In this document: piece by piece, positions 47,468 through 59,382 of the stretch | Numbering within the stretch: position 1 is the stretch's first letter | Layout: each line of letters opens with the position of its first letter | Assembly: GCA_010093995.1 (NCBI GenBank) | Contig: ML992501.1 | Location: 702,227 to 766,226, forward strand | Length of the DNA: 64,000 bases | Direction of reading: 5' to 3' | Origin: Elsinoe ampelina | Taxonomy: Eukaryota | Position numbers and translations under genes: made by a program | Notes under the pieces: model-generated | Databases searched by the model: none | What the model saw: the letters and a program-made list of their open reading frames with translations, nothing else | What the model was told of the DNA's origin: nothing

Positions 47468-48136
47468 TTAAAATCTCGTGAACCCAACCGCTAGCGCCAA
47501 TAAGAGCGTCCACACCCCACCGCCGACCAACACCGCCTGCCCCGCCGCACCACCCGTGCTCTGCACCGGCTGCCCTGTCTGTCCAGATTGACCAGACTGT
47601 CCAGATGAGCCAGACGCACCGGCACCCGCGCCCGACGACCCGGACGATCCAACAGTCCCATTCTTCCCGGCCTGCCCCTCCGTCCCATTGACAACCGTCC
47701 CCGTCGCCGCCCCATCCTTCCCCTTCGTCCCACTTCCCCCTTCCCCGCCCTCACTCACCGTCGTCGTCCCATTCCCATTCGCATCCCCAGTGGTGCTCGT
47801 GAAACTGAAACTCCCCGCGTTGTCCTCCCCGTTCTGGTCCTCGGGGGAAATGTCAATGTTGTTGTTCCCTGCGTCGGAGCCGGGGGTGTTGGAGCCGCCG
47901 ATGTTGATCGGTCCGGACGAGGAGGAGGAGGAGAGGGAGATGCTCCCGCCCGTGTTCATGCTGGTGGCGGAGGGGGCGTCGCTGCTTGTGGCGCCGGGTG
48001 GGGGGATTTCTTGGCCGTTGATGATGACGCGGGGGGGGATGATGATGGATTTCGGGGGGTCGTCGGCGGTGGCGCTGGAGGTGAGGGCGAGGAGGGTGAG
48101 GAGGAGGGAGAGGGTGAGGGTTGGTTGTTTGGGCAT
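47468..48136 (-). CDS. Secreted Gly/Ser-rich protein, probably GPI-anchored
   Basis: MPKQPTLTLSLLLTLLALTSSATA signal peptide; low-complexity G/S/N body; hydrophobic C-terminus STGGAAGQAVLVGGGVWTLLLALAVGFTRF*. Confidence 0.8.
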   Translation of the reverse strand: MPKQPTLTLSLLLTLLALTSSATADDPPKSIIIPPRVIINGQEIPPPGATSSDAPSATSMNTGGSISLSSSSSSGPINIGGSNTPGSDAGNNNIDISPEDQNGEDNAGSFSFTSTTGDANGNGTTTVSEGGEGGSGTKGKDGAATGTVVNGTEGQAGKNGTVGSSGSSGAGAGASGSSGQSGQSGQTGQPVQSTGGAAGQAVLVGGGVWTLLLALAVGFTRF

Positions 48137-50022
48137 TGTGGGTGGGTTTTTTTTGGGATAGGTGATTTGGTATGGTTTTTGGTTTGATTGAGAGAAGAGG
48201 AGATGGTTGGGATGGGGAGAGGGGGAACCTAGCTGGGGTTGTGGACACGTCCATATGTTCTTCATGGGACAGGTGGTTTCTGCGACCTCACTGCGCCGTC
48301 ATGGTCAGCTCCTGCTGATGGGTATGCCTCAGTTCTGTGGAGTGAGGGATGAAGGCCTGCGAGTACTGAGAGGACACCGGTCAAGAGTGAGGCTCTGGCC
48401 CGGTGTGTTTCGGCACGGACAGCTGGAGGCGTGAGGCTGACTCCTGCCAGGGCGGAGTGAAATTCATTGGACTGCATCACTCAAAAGACGGGGAGGTCGA
48501 AGAATTTTCTCAAACAATGACGGCCGCAGAGTCTGATGATCGCTAATTCTTGTTCTAACTGCGCAATGTGCAGGTTGTGGTTGCTGTGGTGGTTGAGAGC
48601 ATAGCATATATTCTTGGCCACGGAGGACACGCCTGATCTTTCAGCCGCGGATATACTTTTCACCAAGGTGAATCAGTAAAGGCCCAAGCCGGCATTGCTT
48701 CATGTCGTTGAGAGGCATGGACGGGTGTTTTAAGTAGGTCTTTTTGAGTACACAACATCATCGTGGCTTCTCCAAGCCTTCGGTCTTCGGCTTCATGGCG
48801 CAGGTGGTCCTTCACCGAAATCGGATCCCTACCGGCGATTGACGTTATACAAATTTGGTGGATCAAATGAGGGCACTGTGGATATTCTTGTCACCGAGAA
48901 ACGTGATTTGCACTGCCGCCAGGTGCCACTTTGCTTGAGCCGAGCCTGGCAGGGCTGACTAAGGCGGGTGTCTGTCGGGATTAATAGGGAATTTTGTGGT
49001 TGGCTGTCCGAGGTTCATGCCGACGACGAGCTAAACCCGGCTGGCTCCGCCCCCGCATTTGTTGTCGTCGATCATGGTGTGGGTCTGTTGTTTATGTATA
49101 GCATTGACGAGAATGGGCTGGAATATTGGGGGGAGTTGACGATATGAGAGCACTCGGAATTGCATGCGAGACCATCAACTCCACGCTCCAAAGGATCCGG
49201 TGGTCCTCCAGCCGTTCAGCCTGTTCGAACCGAAGCTGCAGGAAAGAGCTCTCTGCTGCCCATCTTCGATCCATGGCGTGAGCAAATGCTGTCAGGAATA
49301 CAAGGAACAGCCCTCCAATCATGCCAAACCCAAATGACTTTCGTCACCCGGGAGTGTCGGATTGAGCTCCAATTATCGATCGAGACAGCTACCAGCTTGG
49401 ATAGCTACCGTCGTGGGCTGAGACGACCCCGCACTTGTTCGTGTACTCGATGGCGGGCGGCCAGAACAAGGTGCAATAACAGGCCACACTCTTCCTCGTC
49501 GGCTTGCAGCTCTCCTCAGCAACAGCTCCTGTATGCTTTTTCGATCGTCTGCCATCTTCCTACAGCTCCAAACTACCACTGTCGTATTTTTCCGTACCGC
49601 TTTTGTGGTTGTTATCGCCCGCTCGACAGCTATCGGCCCCGCCACGTCAGAGAGTCGACCTCGCCCTTGGCGCCTCACGGACTGTGCGTGCTGAGAGATC
49701 TCGGAGGCCTAGTGGAGAACATTTTGGCCGAACATTTTGGCCGCTGCGTGAGTACTGCCACCCAACTGCGCAATGTGTATTTTCTCCGGCTGTCCCAATT
49801 CGTCCCATTTCTAGCCTCCTGTAGCCGCACGTTATCGTTCCCGGGCCTGCGATTTCCCGTATTGTCCCGTGGAAACAAGATCCAGCGACCTCACTCTGAT
49901 TCAGCCATAATACTCGATGGACGTCCATGCTGACCGATGTCGGATAGCCCGACCCATATACACAGACAGATTCCCTGGCATACAACGTCTGTTTCTGAAC
50001 CACAAAGTACCACATACTCACA

Positions 50023-51088
50023 ATGTCAACACTCGAAGGCGCCAAGCGATCACTCAATGCTGCAAAGGAGACCGTAAAGGATGCTCCAGCAGTCGTGAGG
50101 ACCGCCGCCGAGAACCCGAGCAAGGCGACTCAAGACTTTCTTCATACTCCCGCCATGCGAGCTGCTTTGCCTTTCATCAACGGCGGTCTGTCAGGCATGG
50201 TGGCAACCTCTGTCATCCAACCAATCGACATGATCAAGGTCCGTCTCCAACTCGCTGGCGAGGGTGTCAAGACCGGACCAAAGCCTACTCCAATCACTGT
50301 CACAAGAGAACTTCTCGCACAAGGCAAAGTCCTCGATCTCTACACAGGTCTGTCGGCGGGTCTCCTTCGACAAGCAGTCTACACCACTGCGCGGCTCGGC
50401 TTTTTCGACACCTTCATGAAGACATTTCAAGCCAGAGCTGAGCAGAAAGGTACCAAGGTTGGCTTCGCTGAGCGAGCGGGTTCAGGTCTCGCGGCCGGAG
50501 GGTTGGCGGCTCTGGTTGGTAACCCAGCCGATCTCGCTCTCATTCGTATGCAATCGGATGGACTCAAGCCTGCGGCTCAGCGTGCCAACTACAAGAGCGT
50601 CATCGACGCACTCAGCCGTATCTCGAAATCCGAAGGTGTCACCGCTCTGTGGTCAGGTGCATACCCCACCGTCGTAAGAGCCATGGCGCTCAACTTTGGT
50701 CAGCTTGCCTTCTTCAGTGAAGCCAAGCAACAACTCAAGGAGAATACCCAGTGGGGCCCTCGGACGCAAACACTCACAGCCAGCGCCATCGCCGGATTCT
50801 TTGCCAGTTTCTTCTCGTTGCCATTCGACTTTGTCAAGACTCGATTGCAGAAGCAGACCAAGGGACCTGACGGTAAGCTGCCATACAAGGGCATGATGGA
50901 CTGCTTCGCCAAAGTCGCCAAGGACGAAGGTCCTCTGCGATTCTACAGGGGCTTCTCGACCTACTACGTGAGAATCGCACCACATGCGTAAGTTCCACTT
51001 CCGATCCCGAGACATGGATGGACAGCTAACATTTCGAAGGATGGTGACACTGATCGTTGCTGATTATCTTGGATTCATCACCAAGTGA
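50023..51088 (+). CDS. Mitochondrial carrier, 2-oxoglutarate/malate (dicarboxylate-tricarboxylate) type
   Basis: Three Px[D/E]xx[K/R]xR repeats (PIDMIKVR, PADLALIR, PFDFVKTR); GLSAGLLRQAVYTTARLG. Intron 50988-51039, then MVTLIVADYLGFITK*. Confidence 0.93.
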
Positions 51089-51529
51089 GGTGGAACAGGC
51101 TGAAGGAGATACTGACGACGGTGGGACTGTTGATAGACTCCACCTAGACGTACAAAGATGGGTTGGCAGGTGTTGGACAGAGGTATTTTCCAGGTTTACC
51201 GTGAACGTCCGGTGTTTTTGCATCGCTGTCGTAGTCATTCTTTCCAAGCATAGATACCAAAAGGCATAACCTGATACTCGAATAGTTATTGAAACATTAT
51301 TAGGCCGGTGGTGAGATGTTGTCGACCGATGAAGAGGACATGACTTTTCCGTGATTGCCCTTCGTGCTGCCCCACCCGGACTTTCTCCATTGCTCCACTT
51401 TCACCTTCTGCCACGAAACGCGCTGCTTTGATTGGAACGCGTCTTCCTTCATGTTCGATTTATGAATTGACGCTACCAGCAGACTGGTCGACACGCAAGC
51501 TATCGCCGTCCTTCTGATACCACACCACC

Positions 51530-52951
51530 ATGCCAGGTCGCACTGATCGTAGTGGACGTCAGTCCGGCGGTACCCAAAGTACCCAGACTCAAGGCTCCAC
51601 CGAACTGCCTGAGTATGAGCCCGCAGCATATCCTCTCACCTCAAAAGGCAAGATCGAGCTAAACGGTCTTTTGAGTCGACATCCTCTGCAAAATCTAGAA
51701 GAACATATCACTCAAGCCATCGATATCCTCACCGAAAATGTCGGAGCAGTGAACGATAACTACCACACAAACCTCACCTATCTCACCCAGCGCAAAGCTA
51801 GGCTCGCGAAGCTGGAGAGCAAAGATGCGTCGGCAGACACGATTGAAGCAGAGCGCGAGGCCATCGAGGCACTGGAAGAGAAAGTGAACGCTCAAAAAGA
51901 GGAAGTCGACAAGATGACAGCCGAGATGGAAAAGCACGTCCGCAAGATGATCGATACCCAAGCACACCTCTCCCAAACCCGCGAGACTCTCTCCGAACTA
52001 GCACGATCCAGTGGCAACGCGACACAGTCATCCCACCACCACTCCAACTCCGACGACGAAGACCCCTCAACCTTCGACCCCACCGACCCCTCCAACACCC
52101 GCTCCACCCCCAGCGCAACCTCCTACATCAACACCTTCCGCACCACCCTCACCTCCAAACGCGACCGCTACGCCTCCCACTCCCTCAAAGCCCGCTACAG
52201 CAACAACAACTCCTACCGCGAATTCTACCGCCTCCGCCACGACGCCCAACACCCCGACGGCACCCCAGTCCCCCATCAAGACACCTGGTTCCCCGACCCC
52301 ACGCGGGGCCAACCAGGTGACACCGCCGCCCTGCATCGCGGCGGCGCAGACGACGACGACGACGACGACCTCGCCATCGTACAGGAGAATATCCCCACTC
52401 GCTGCCAGATCACGATGCGCGAGTTTACCGACCCCGTCACGGCGCAGAAATGCCACCATAGCTTCGAACGCGCCGCTATACTGGAGCTGATCGACGCTTC
52501 ATCCCTGCGCGTCATGCCCGCGCCGGGTTCCCAGGCCGGGAACACAAGTGGTCCGACGATAGCTGGGGCCGGAGCGGAGGTGATAGACATCAACGACGAC
52601 CCTATCCTCTCGCAGGCCAATCGCGGGGCTGCCGGAGCAGGGAGAGGTCGTGGCCGTCCACCATTAGGGGAGAAGGCGGTGCGTTGTCCGCTCCCGGGAT
52701 GCGAACAGATCATGACCCAAGGGGATCTGTACACTGATAGAAACCTGGTGCGGAAAATCAAGCGGCAGCAGGAGATGGAGAGGAGGGCGGCGCTGGAGGA
52801 GGACGAGGAGGAGGGAGGAGGGCCGCGGGGAAGGGAGGCGGTGGAGTTGAGTAGTGGGGCCGAAGGGGACGGGGATGAAGAGGAGGTGAGGACGGGGACG
52901 GCGAGGGGGAGGAGAGTGAAGGGGGAGAGAAGAACCGTGGGGCCTGAATGA
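51530..52951 (+). CDS. NSE2: Smc5/6 SUMO E3 ligase Nse2/Mms21 (SP-RING)
   Basis: N-terminal coiled coil; RYSNNNSYREF; DDDLAIVQENIPTRCQIT...DPV...CHHSFERAAI...CPLPGC. Confidence 0.85.
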   Translation: MPGRTDRSGRQSGGTQSTQTQGSTELPEYEPAAYPLTSKGKIELNGLLSRHPLQNLEEHITQAIDILTENVGAVNDNYHTNLTYLTQRKARLAKLESKDASADTIEAEREAIEALEEKVNAQKEEVDKMTAEMEKHVRKMIDTQAHLSQTRETLSELARSSGNATQSSHHHSNSDDEDPSTFDPTDPSNTRSTPSATSYINTFRTTLTSKRDRYASHSLKARYSNNNSYREFYRLRHDAQHPDGTPVPHQDTWFPDPTRGQPGDTAALHRGGADDDDDDDLAIVQENIPTRCQITMREFTDPVTAQKCHHSFERAAILELIDASSLRVMPAPGSQAGNTSGPTIAGAGAEVIDINDDPILSQANRGAAGAGRGRGRPPLGEKAVRCPLPGCEQIMTQGDLYTDRNLVRKIKRQQEMERRAALEEDEEEGGGPRGREAVELSSGAEGDGDEEEVRTGTARGRRVKGERRTVGPE

Positions 52952-53591
52952 GGGAGGGAGGGAGGTTGGGAGAGGAAGGAGGCAAGGGTGCATGCAATGT
53001 ATATAGAAAGTCCGGTAGAACAGTGCGCGGATATATTCACAGCAAGGCACATGACACGAAGTGATGAATTTACAATATTCATTACCACCCCCCCCCCCCT
53101 GGCTCAGCAAGAGGGACTATCATACATCTCCAGTATCCTCCTCCCCTCCTGTCTTGCTCCTGATCCTACTCCTGCTATAACTATAATACATCATTCATCA
53201 TGCTATTCGTTCCGAGTAAAATAAAATCTCCACGCGCAGCCCCTCTTTTTCGACCCCCCAACGATCGCTTCTAAGCGACGTCATGGAATTACAGAATAGT
53301 TGTTTCGACATGGTGAAGCTAAACGGGCTGTGAAGATGACTGTGATTCGCTCTAAGGAGATACGCTGAATAGAAGCAAATCGACGCCGGGTAGTGGTGTG
53401 GGTTCGCGGGGGTGGTTGCAAGCTGAACATGGCAGCAATGGTGGTGTGGCGGTGAGAAGCTCGGCCAAGATTATAGAGTCTAAATGCTGGTCTGAAGCTG
53501 CTCTGTAGGTATTGGGTGCCTAGCCCCAAGCGTCGTAATAGTGAGAGTGCACTGCCACTGATGTGCCAAGCGTGACAGGATGCAGTGATGT

Positions 53592-55652
53592 TCAGAGATC
53601 TCGCCTGCCGCGCTTGCCCTGGAAGTCGATGTCGGGGTGCACGACGCGCATATGTCTCGTGAGCGCATCGTTACGTGAGAATGTCTTTTCCTCCTGGCAG
53701 TATTGGCAGCGGACCTTTTGCTTGCCTTTGTTGTGGATAGTATCCTCGTGGCGGGTGAGATCGTAGGGTCTGCTGAAGATGGTATTGCAAGGCTTGCCGG
53801 TAGTGGGATTGATGCGCGAGCACTTGTGAGGTCCTGCCTGACTATTACGAGCCAACAGGTCAGACGAATCCATGCCGGCCGCCTCCGCCTCTGGTGATGT
53901 CGAGGACGGCGAGGCCGAAGTGTGTACTGATTGTGTCTGCGATTGTGATTGATGCGATTCACGCTTGTGCTTTTGGAGCTTCGCTGGCGTCTCGAAACGC
54001 TGCGTGCATCCGTGGTAGGTGCAAGTGTATGTGCCCGAGTCGGCCGAGGTGTTTGCGGGTCGTTGGATGGGAGCAGGGTTGCTCTCCTGCGACGCGGTCG
54101 GATTCTCGCTGGCTGATGATTCCATCGAAGTGAGCTGAGCAGGAAACTCCGGTGTCTTGTCGGATCTTTGCGACGCGAATGGCTGGGCTGGCATATATGA
54201 TGTCGCGTCTGCCATCGTGTTTTCCATGGGCGAGTGGAGAAAGTTGTTGAGGTCTACACCTCTGAACCCGCCAACATTGCTCTGGTTCAGGGGCACGAAT
54301 TGACCAAAGGCCTGGTTGGTGCCACTGATGAAGTTATTTTGATATGTCTCGGTACCGCCGAGGTGTTTCTCGTACCCTTCAGGTAGGATGTCGCTGAACA
54401 AGGACACCGAGTTGCCCTCTTCGTAATCGACTCCATCCTTTAGCGCGTCCTTGGGCGACATTGTCTGAGTCGCTTCGCGCCGTAACGGAGGTTGGTGTGC
54501 GGCATATTCCTTCTGATCGGCTTCCTCTTTCTGCTTCTGCCGTATACTTGCGGCTGACGGCATGATCGCGGCGGGTGATCGTGGGTAGTGTTCGGACCCT
54601 TGTTGGAAAGGCGATTTTTCGCGCGACGAATGAGGCGACTGTGATCGATTTTTATTCGCTTTGCCGACAAAGTCGTGAACCAGATTCCCATGAGGTGTAA
54701 GGAGATTTTTCGAGGTTGAGGTTGGCGCGGGGCGTGACGAAGCTGGAGCGTCAAAAGTCCCCGCCGAGAACAGAACGTCTTGCTCGGCTGCGGATTCGGT
54801 GCGAAAAAGCTCGACTGGGCCTCGCGGATGATATTCTACATTGGCAGAATGTAAGTAAGGATTCGTAACAAAATTGTCAAATTTGTTTTTACCATTTCCG
54901 GGCATCTTTGCGGCCCTCTCTTCAGACTCTTCCCCGTTTCTTGGCGTGTTGGGAGTGTTGTGTCCGTGACTTGAATTCGAGTGTCGTGAGGAGAACAATT
55001 CTGGCACTTCTTCGAGGGCGCCTGCTGAACTGTGATGGTCCATTGCCATATCTCTCATAGCAGAGTAAGCGACAGAGTGCGAAAGCTGAGAAGGAGCAAG
55101 AGTTTGTGACGAATAGTCGACAGCCTTGCCCTTTGAACAGTCGGACGAGCTTTCGGTAATGTAGGTGGCCGACGAAGGTGATCGATCGGTGTTTGCTACG
55201 AATGTGAAAGGGTGGTGTTGCGTATACGGGGTCCCCGGTGAAGTGCTGGCAATGCTCGAGTCGGACTGCTGTCTCGAATGTCTGATGGGCGTGTGTGATA
55301 CGCCTTGAAAAGCGTATTGCTGGTTACCGTAATGATCCTGTGGGCTCTGGTGTATTTGCCAGTCTTGAGGTGCGTAATGTGCTGGGTGGTACTGGTAGGA
55401 TGTCTGTTCCTGGTACAGAGGTTGAGAGAAAGGGTTATTCGGTCTTTGTATCCTTATGGATGGATACTGTTCTTGTTGCTGGTTTCCATTCATCCACGCG
55501 TGTGTTTCTGCCTTGTTCCTTGATGTTGAAATGAGAGAAGAATATAGATTTGCAGCTGGGTCGAGGTCGGAAAGGTCGTGCAAGAACTGCGATGAGGCCC
55601 CGATGGGAGGAAGAAAGTCGATGAGCGTTTCGCGCTCTCGAACTGACGTCAT
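53592..55652 (-). CDS. RPN4: C2H2 transcription factor Rpn4 (proteasome gene regulator)
   Basis: YTCTYHGCTQRF; GPHKCSRINPTTGKPCNTIFSRPYDLTRHEDTIH; CQYCQEEKTFSRNDALTRHMRVVH. The start (55652) is the first ATG. Possible 57-nt intron 54836-54892. Confidence 0.85.
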   Translation of the reverse strand: MTSVRERETLIDFLPPIGASSQFLHDLSDLDPAANLYSSLISTSRNKAETHAWMNGNQQQEQYPSIRIQRPNNPFSQPLYQEQTSYQYHPAHYAPQDWQIHQSPQDHYGNQQYAFQGVSHTPIRHSRQQSDSSIASTSPGTPYTQHHPFTFVANTDRSPSSATYITESSSDCSKGKAVDYSSQTLAPSQLSHSVAYSAMRDMAMDHHSSAGALEEVPELFSSRHSNSSHGHNTPNTPRNGEESEERAAKMPGNGKNKFDNFVTNPYLHSANVEYHPRGPVELFRTESAAEQDVLFSAGTFDAPASSRPAPTSTSKNLLTPHGNLVHDFVGKANKNRSQSPHSSREKSPFQQGSEHYPRSPAAIMPSAASIRQKQKEEADQKEYAAHQPPLRREATQTMSPKDALKDGVDYEEGNSVSLFSDILPEGYEKHLGGTETYQNNFISGTNQAFGQFVPLNQSNVGGFRGVDLNNFLHSPMENTMADATSYMPAQPFASQRSDKTPEFPAQLTSMESSASENPTASQESNPAPIQRPANTSADSGTYTCTYHGCTQRFETPAKLQKHKRESHQSQSQTQSVHTSASPSSTSPEAEAAGMDSSDLLARNSQAGPHKCSRINPTTGKPCNTIFSRPYDLTRHEDTIHNKGKQKVRCQYCQEEKTFSRNDALTRHMRVVHPDIDFQGKRGRRDL

Positions 55653-58600
55653 GAGCCTCGATCTGTGGAAGCAGCAGACAAGCGAATCTGATCGAGTGGG
55701 GAGAACAAGGGTTTCCGCGCCGACCCAAAAAGCCAATTTGCGGTCAGGAACAAGCGATAAATGATGATGTAGGCTTGCTTTTGCCAACGGTCGTGAATGT
55801 CGTGAGGGCCAGATGTGAGCAGAGAGTTGACGAGACAAACACTAGGAGGAAAGTGATCGTATTATTATGGACTGACAAAAAATTAATCATCGCCTAAGTC
55901 CGGTTCTGGTGCTTTCGAATGCGAGCAAAAGACAGTCCCTCGTCAAGCCGGCAGAAGCAGCCGACCTACCACTGTATGCGCACAGCCACGAGCTGCAGGG
56001 TCCAGTAGCATCCACGCGGCCCTATCGTCGACAAGAGCGAATTGACATGTTGGATCTGTGCCCTATCAAAGTTCCCGCACGCTTATCGGGTCTGTTCGAC
56101 CAATGTCATGCTTACAGTTGGGGTCTTGTCTCTCGGATCCTGAAAATCATGCCCTCGCGAACCCTCTTGAACCTCTATATCTGGAAAGTGGGGCGTTTGA
56201 CTGTTGGACAACTCACGCTCTGATTCCTCAACTTACAGTGACCAAGCCTTGGGATCAAGTCGAGGTTCCACACAAGCGAGACCCTGTATCCAAGATTTGC
56301 ATGTTACTCGACCTGTTCGGTCGCATGATCATCGCACGTGAGCAACGGAGGTGGTAGTACCCGACAGACCGGATAGGTGTACGGTCTGGCTCGGACGATG
56401 AAACCTGGTCTGCCATGCATAGATTACGAGTAACACTGCAGCGGCACATTTCGGTCATGACCGTGCATGCGGTATACTGTAGGCAGCCGCATTCTTTCTC
56501 ATTGGCTCAGAGTGTATAGCAAATGCCTGGAAATAGGATGGGCAGCATCTGGATTGAATCGGACATAGCCTACAAGTATCCGCTAGAAGCCATGTCGCGT
56601 GGTGCAAAGCGCTGAAGAGGTGCAGTAGCGTAAAAATTCTAGACGTCTCGGCCCGGCCATGGGTTTTGAATGTGGCTTGTCGGAAAGCTACCACTAATGA
56701 TTGGCTCGCTGTCGGCACGAAAGACGTCATTGTGGCTCGACTTGTGGCTTTTGCGTAAGTAACTAAATGCATCTCCGGTGTTCTGCTCTTTAGCCGAAAG
56801 AAAATGGCTATTCGACACCGCGCACACCGAAGGCTGCCTCTTTTCGTTCCTGAATTCAAGGCTGAGGGTGTCAAAGACGACTTGCATCTGTCCATGCCTT
56901 GTTAGCCTCAGGCAGCAAGATCAGCAGAATGTTCTCACTTGATTCATTCGGAGCACCGATCTGCTGATTGCAGCTGACGTGCGAGAAGCTGCCGGCTGAT
57001 CATCATGGCCGCTCCCGAGACAGTCGCATTCCCTGCAAAACGTACAACCATTCCCGGGCATCTTGATAACTACATCCTCGTGCAGAACTTCCTATTCGGA
57101 TGGGAACGGTCATGCACGAGCCGAGCCGGACGAGTTGAACTGAGATGCCATCTGTGGAATCTGCTGTACAGTCCAGTCGTCAATTCCAACTCACATGGTA
57201 GGGATCTTGGTGGTGGTTGACGTCCCCTTTGATGTCGTGGCAAAACAACGTTTGCATGTCTGAGGTGCACGACATGGAGCCCATCAGCTTGTAGCTTGGA
57301 CACTATCTGGGGGACAACGTTATGTCTCTGATCCATCGTGGCAGCCAGTCGTGGCAGCCACGCAAAAAGGAAAAGATCATTAACTTATCCGCAGTGCGTT
57401 CTAGGACCGAGCTCTGGAACCACCTGAGGTGTCTGCTGTCTGTTCGGAAGTCGCCGTGATGGGATATTCAGCGAGCAGGACCCGCCTTTTCTTACACCTC
57501 GTCTGCATGCGCTGTAGGAATTTATTGCATTGTACTGCAAGTCACTATCCTCTTCTCAAGCGGCGTGTTTCTGTTGAGGCTAGCTCGATCAGAAACCGAT
57601 GCTCTCATCTCACCAACCGCGGTCTGAGCTCCTCCGCCTAGGACGCATCAGTATCCTTGCGCCAGCTAACGTGGAATTTTCGACGACGTGCATGAAAGGA
57701 CCCTGCGGACATGCAGCGTTGTTTCAGTGCGACGTTTGGGCTGCCCTCGGGACCTGTTGGACGCGCTACGAGCCTACCAGCTGTCTCCGTCTATAGGCTG
57801 GCAGATCGCGTGACCCGCAAGGTGCTGTTCGAGCTATCAAACCCTCGAGAGGGGTTCATCTGGAGCATTCTGATGGGCAGGGATCTGGCGTTCTCCCGTG
57901 CCGAAGAGCAAATCAAAAGGATTGGGCTTTGTCACAGAGCGACGCTAGCGAAGGACGCATGTTGATGAAGAAATGCGGGGTTTTAGGTCCCCGCCGGTCA
58001 GTGCCAGTCGCTGCTAACCGTCGCGCCCAAACCTCTCGGATCGCTGCCATGGTTGTTGACGGGAGGGGCCCTGATTGGACTGGCAAAGAGTGGTACTACC
58101 AGGGCCCGTTGGCGCATCTCCACACTCTTCTTTGCCGTCCCCAGACCTGAGGGCTGACCGTGGACCTTTCTTCCCTGTGCACCTTGACTTTGCCTTGGCT
58201 GAGCAACCACCTTCTGCGCCCGATGTCACATGCTCGACCGTCGCCATGTGGCCTCTTTTGCCTTTTGCTGTCCTCGCACGTTTTGACGGCTCGCTGGCAT
58301 TGTAAAGTGTCTACAGCTACCCGCGTCCAGCCTCGTCGCTCCGGCGGCCGCATTCCCAACGCCGACCTCTGCCTCGAGCTTGCGCGGCTATCAAACTCGG
58401 ATCTGACGTGCTTGAATGCCTCGACACAACCTCAATCATTTCAGCGCCTACTCACCACCCCTTCTCAAAGCGTCATTTGGTCGGAGCAACGATCCTTCGA
58501 GCCAACAGCGGGCTTCGACTTGTCACCGTTGACATTGTCCGCTGACTACCGGATCTGTACTGTCAGGTCTTCTACTTCGCGCATGGTACTACCAGATGGT

Positions 58601-59382
58601 CATGCAGATTTGATCCGTGTCAATTAACAAGTTCCAGAGATATTCCAGGAGATAACAATTTGATTTTCGGCGTAATAACGACCATAGATTTGCCACTTTG
58701 CCTAGAGGTATGCTGCACATACTCCGCTGAAACAATTTGCTCACTAACAGCAGGACACACGCTTGCAGTAATATTATCAACATCACGACGAAGACAAAAA
58801 AGGAGTACATTTAGACCGCCGATAGGTATGTTGCTATTGTCTCCCAATTCTCCACCTCCATGATTCGAGACTCAAGCTGGCTTCCCGGACTTGTATCAAG
58901 ATTATAGACCTGACAAGTCCAAGATTGATACCCTGATCACGACCCATTCAACAGTAGACCGCGACTATTTTCCCCACATTCTCAGAAACAGTAGAGCGAC
59001 GTACTGCCTGCCGCTTATCCTCACTACTCCGCTTCGGTTGTTACTCGGTAGCTACACTCGGGCCCAGTGTCCAGGTTTGTCAAGACTCTTTGGGCTGGGA
59101 CACGCACGCCCAGTCAAAATATACGACCACGTGGCCCGTCGATAAGCGATCACGTTGATACCACGTGCCTTACCATTGTCGCGGTTCCGGAAGCTGCCTG
59201 TAGACTCAGTTCAACATCGCCGAATTGTTCTATTGCTGCTAACAAGCAACCAGCAATCTTACCATTACTCATCAAAACCCAATTGACAACAAGTGCAATT
59301 GAGACTTCCATACCGTCGCTTTTTGGCCGCCCGGCCTACCATTAGGCAGGGAGAATAGTCTTGACTCATCCCTGACTTTCAC

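Noticed and set aside
49160..49933. 257-aa ORF upstream of the mitochondrial carrier
   Set aside because: Non-ATG start and non-protein-like composition; overlaps a likely promoter and 5' UTR intron (GTGAGT ~49748..GCTGAC..TAG ~49946).
57236..58697. PACE-like GTGGCAAA sites upstream of RPN4
   Set aside because: Both deviate from GGTGGCAAA and are far from the ATG; insufficient evidence for autoregulation.
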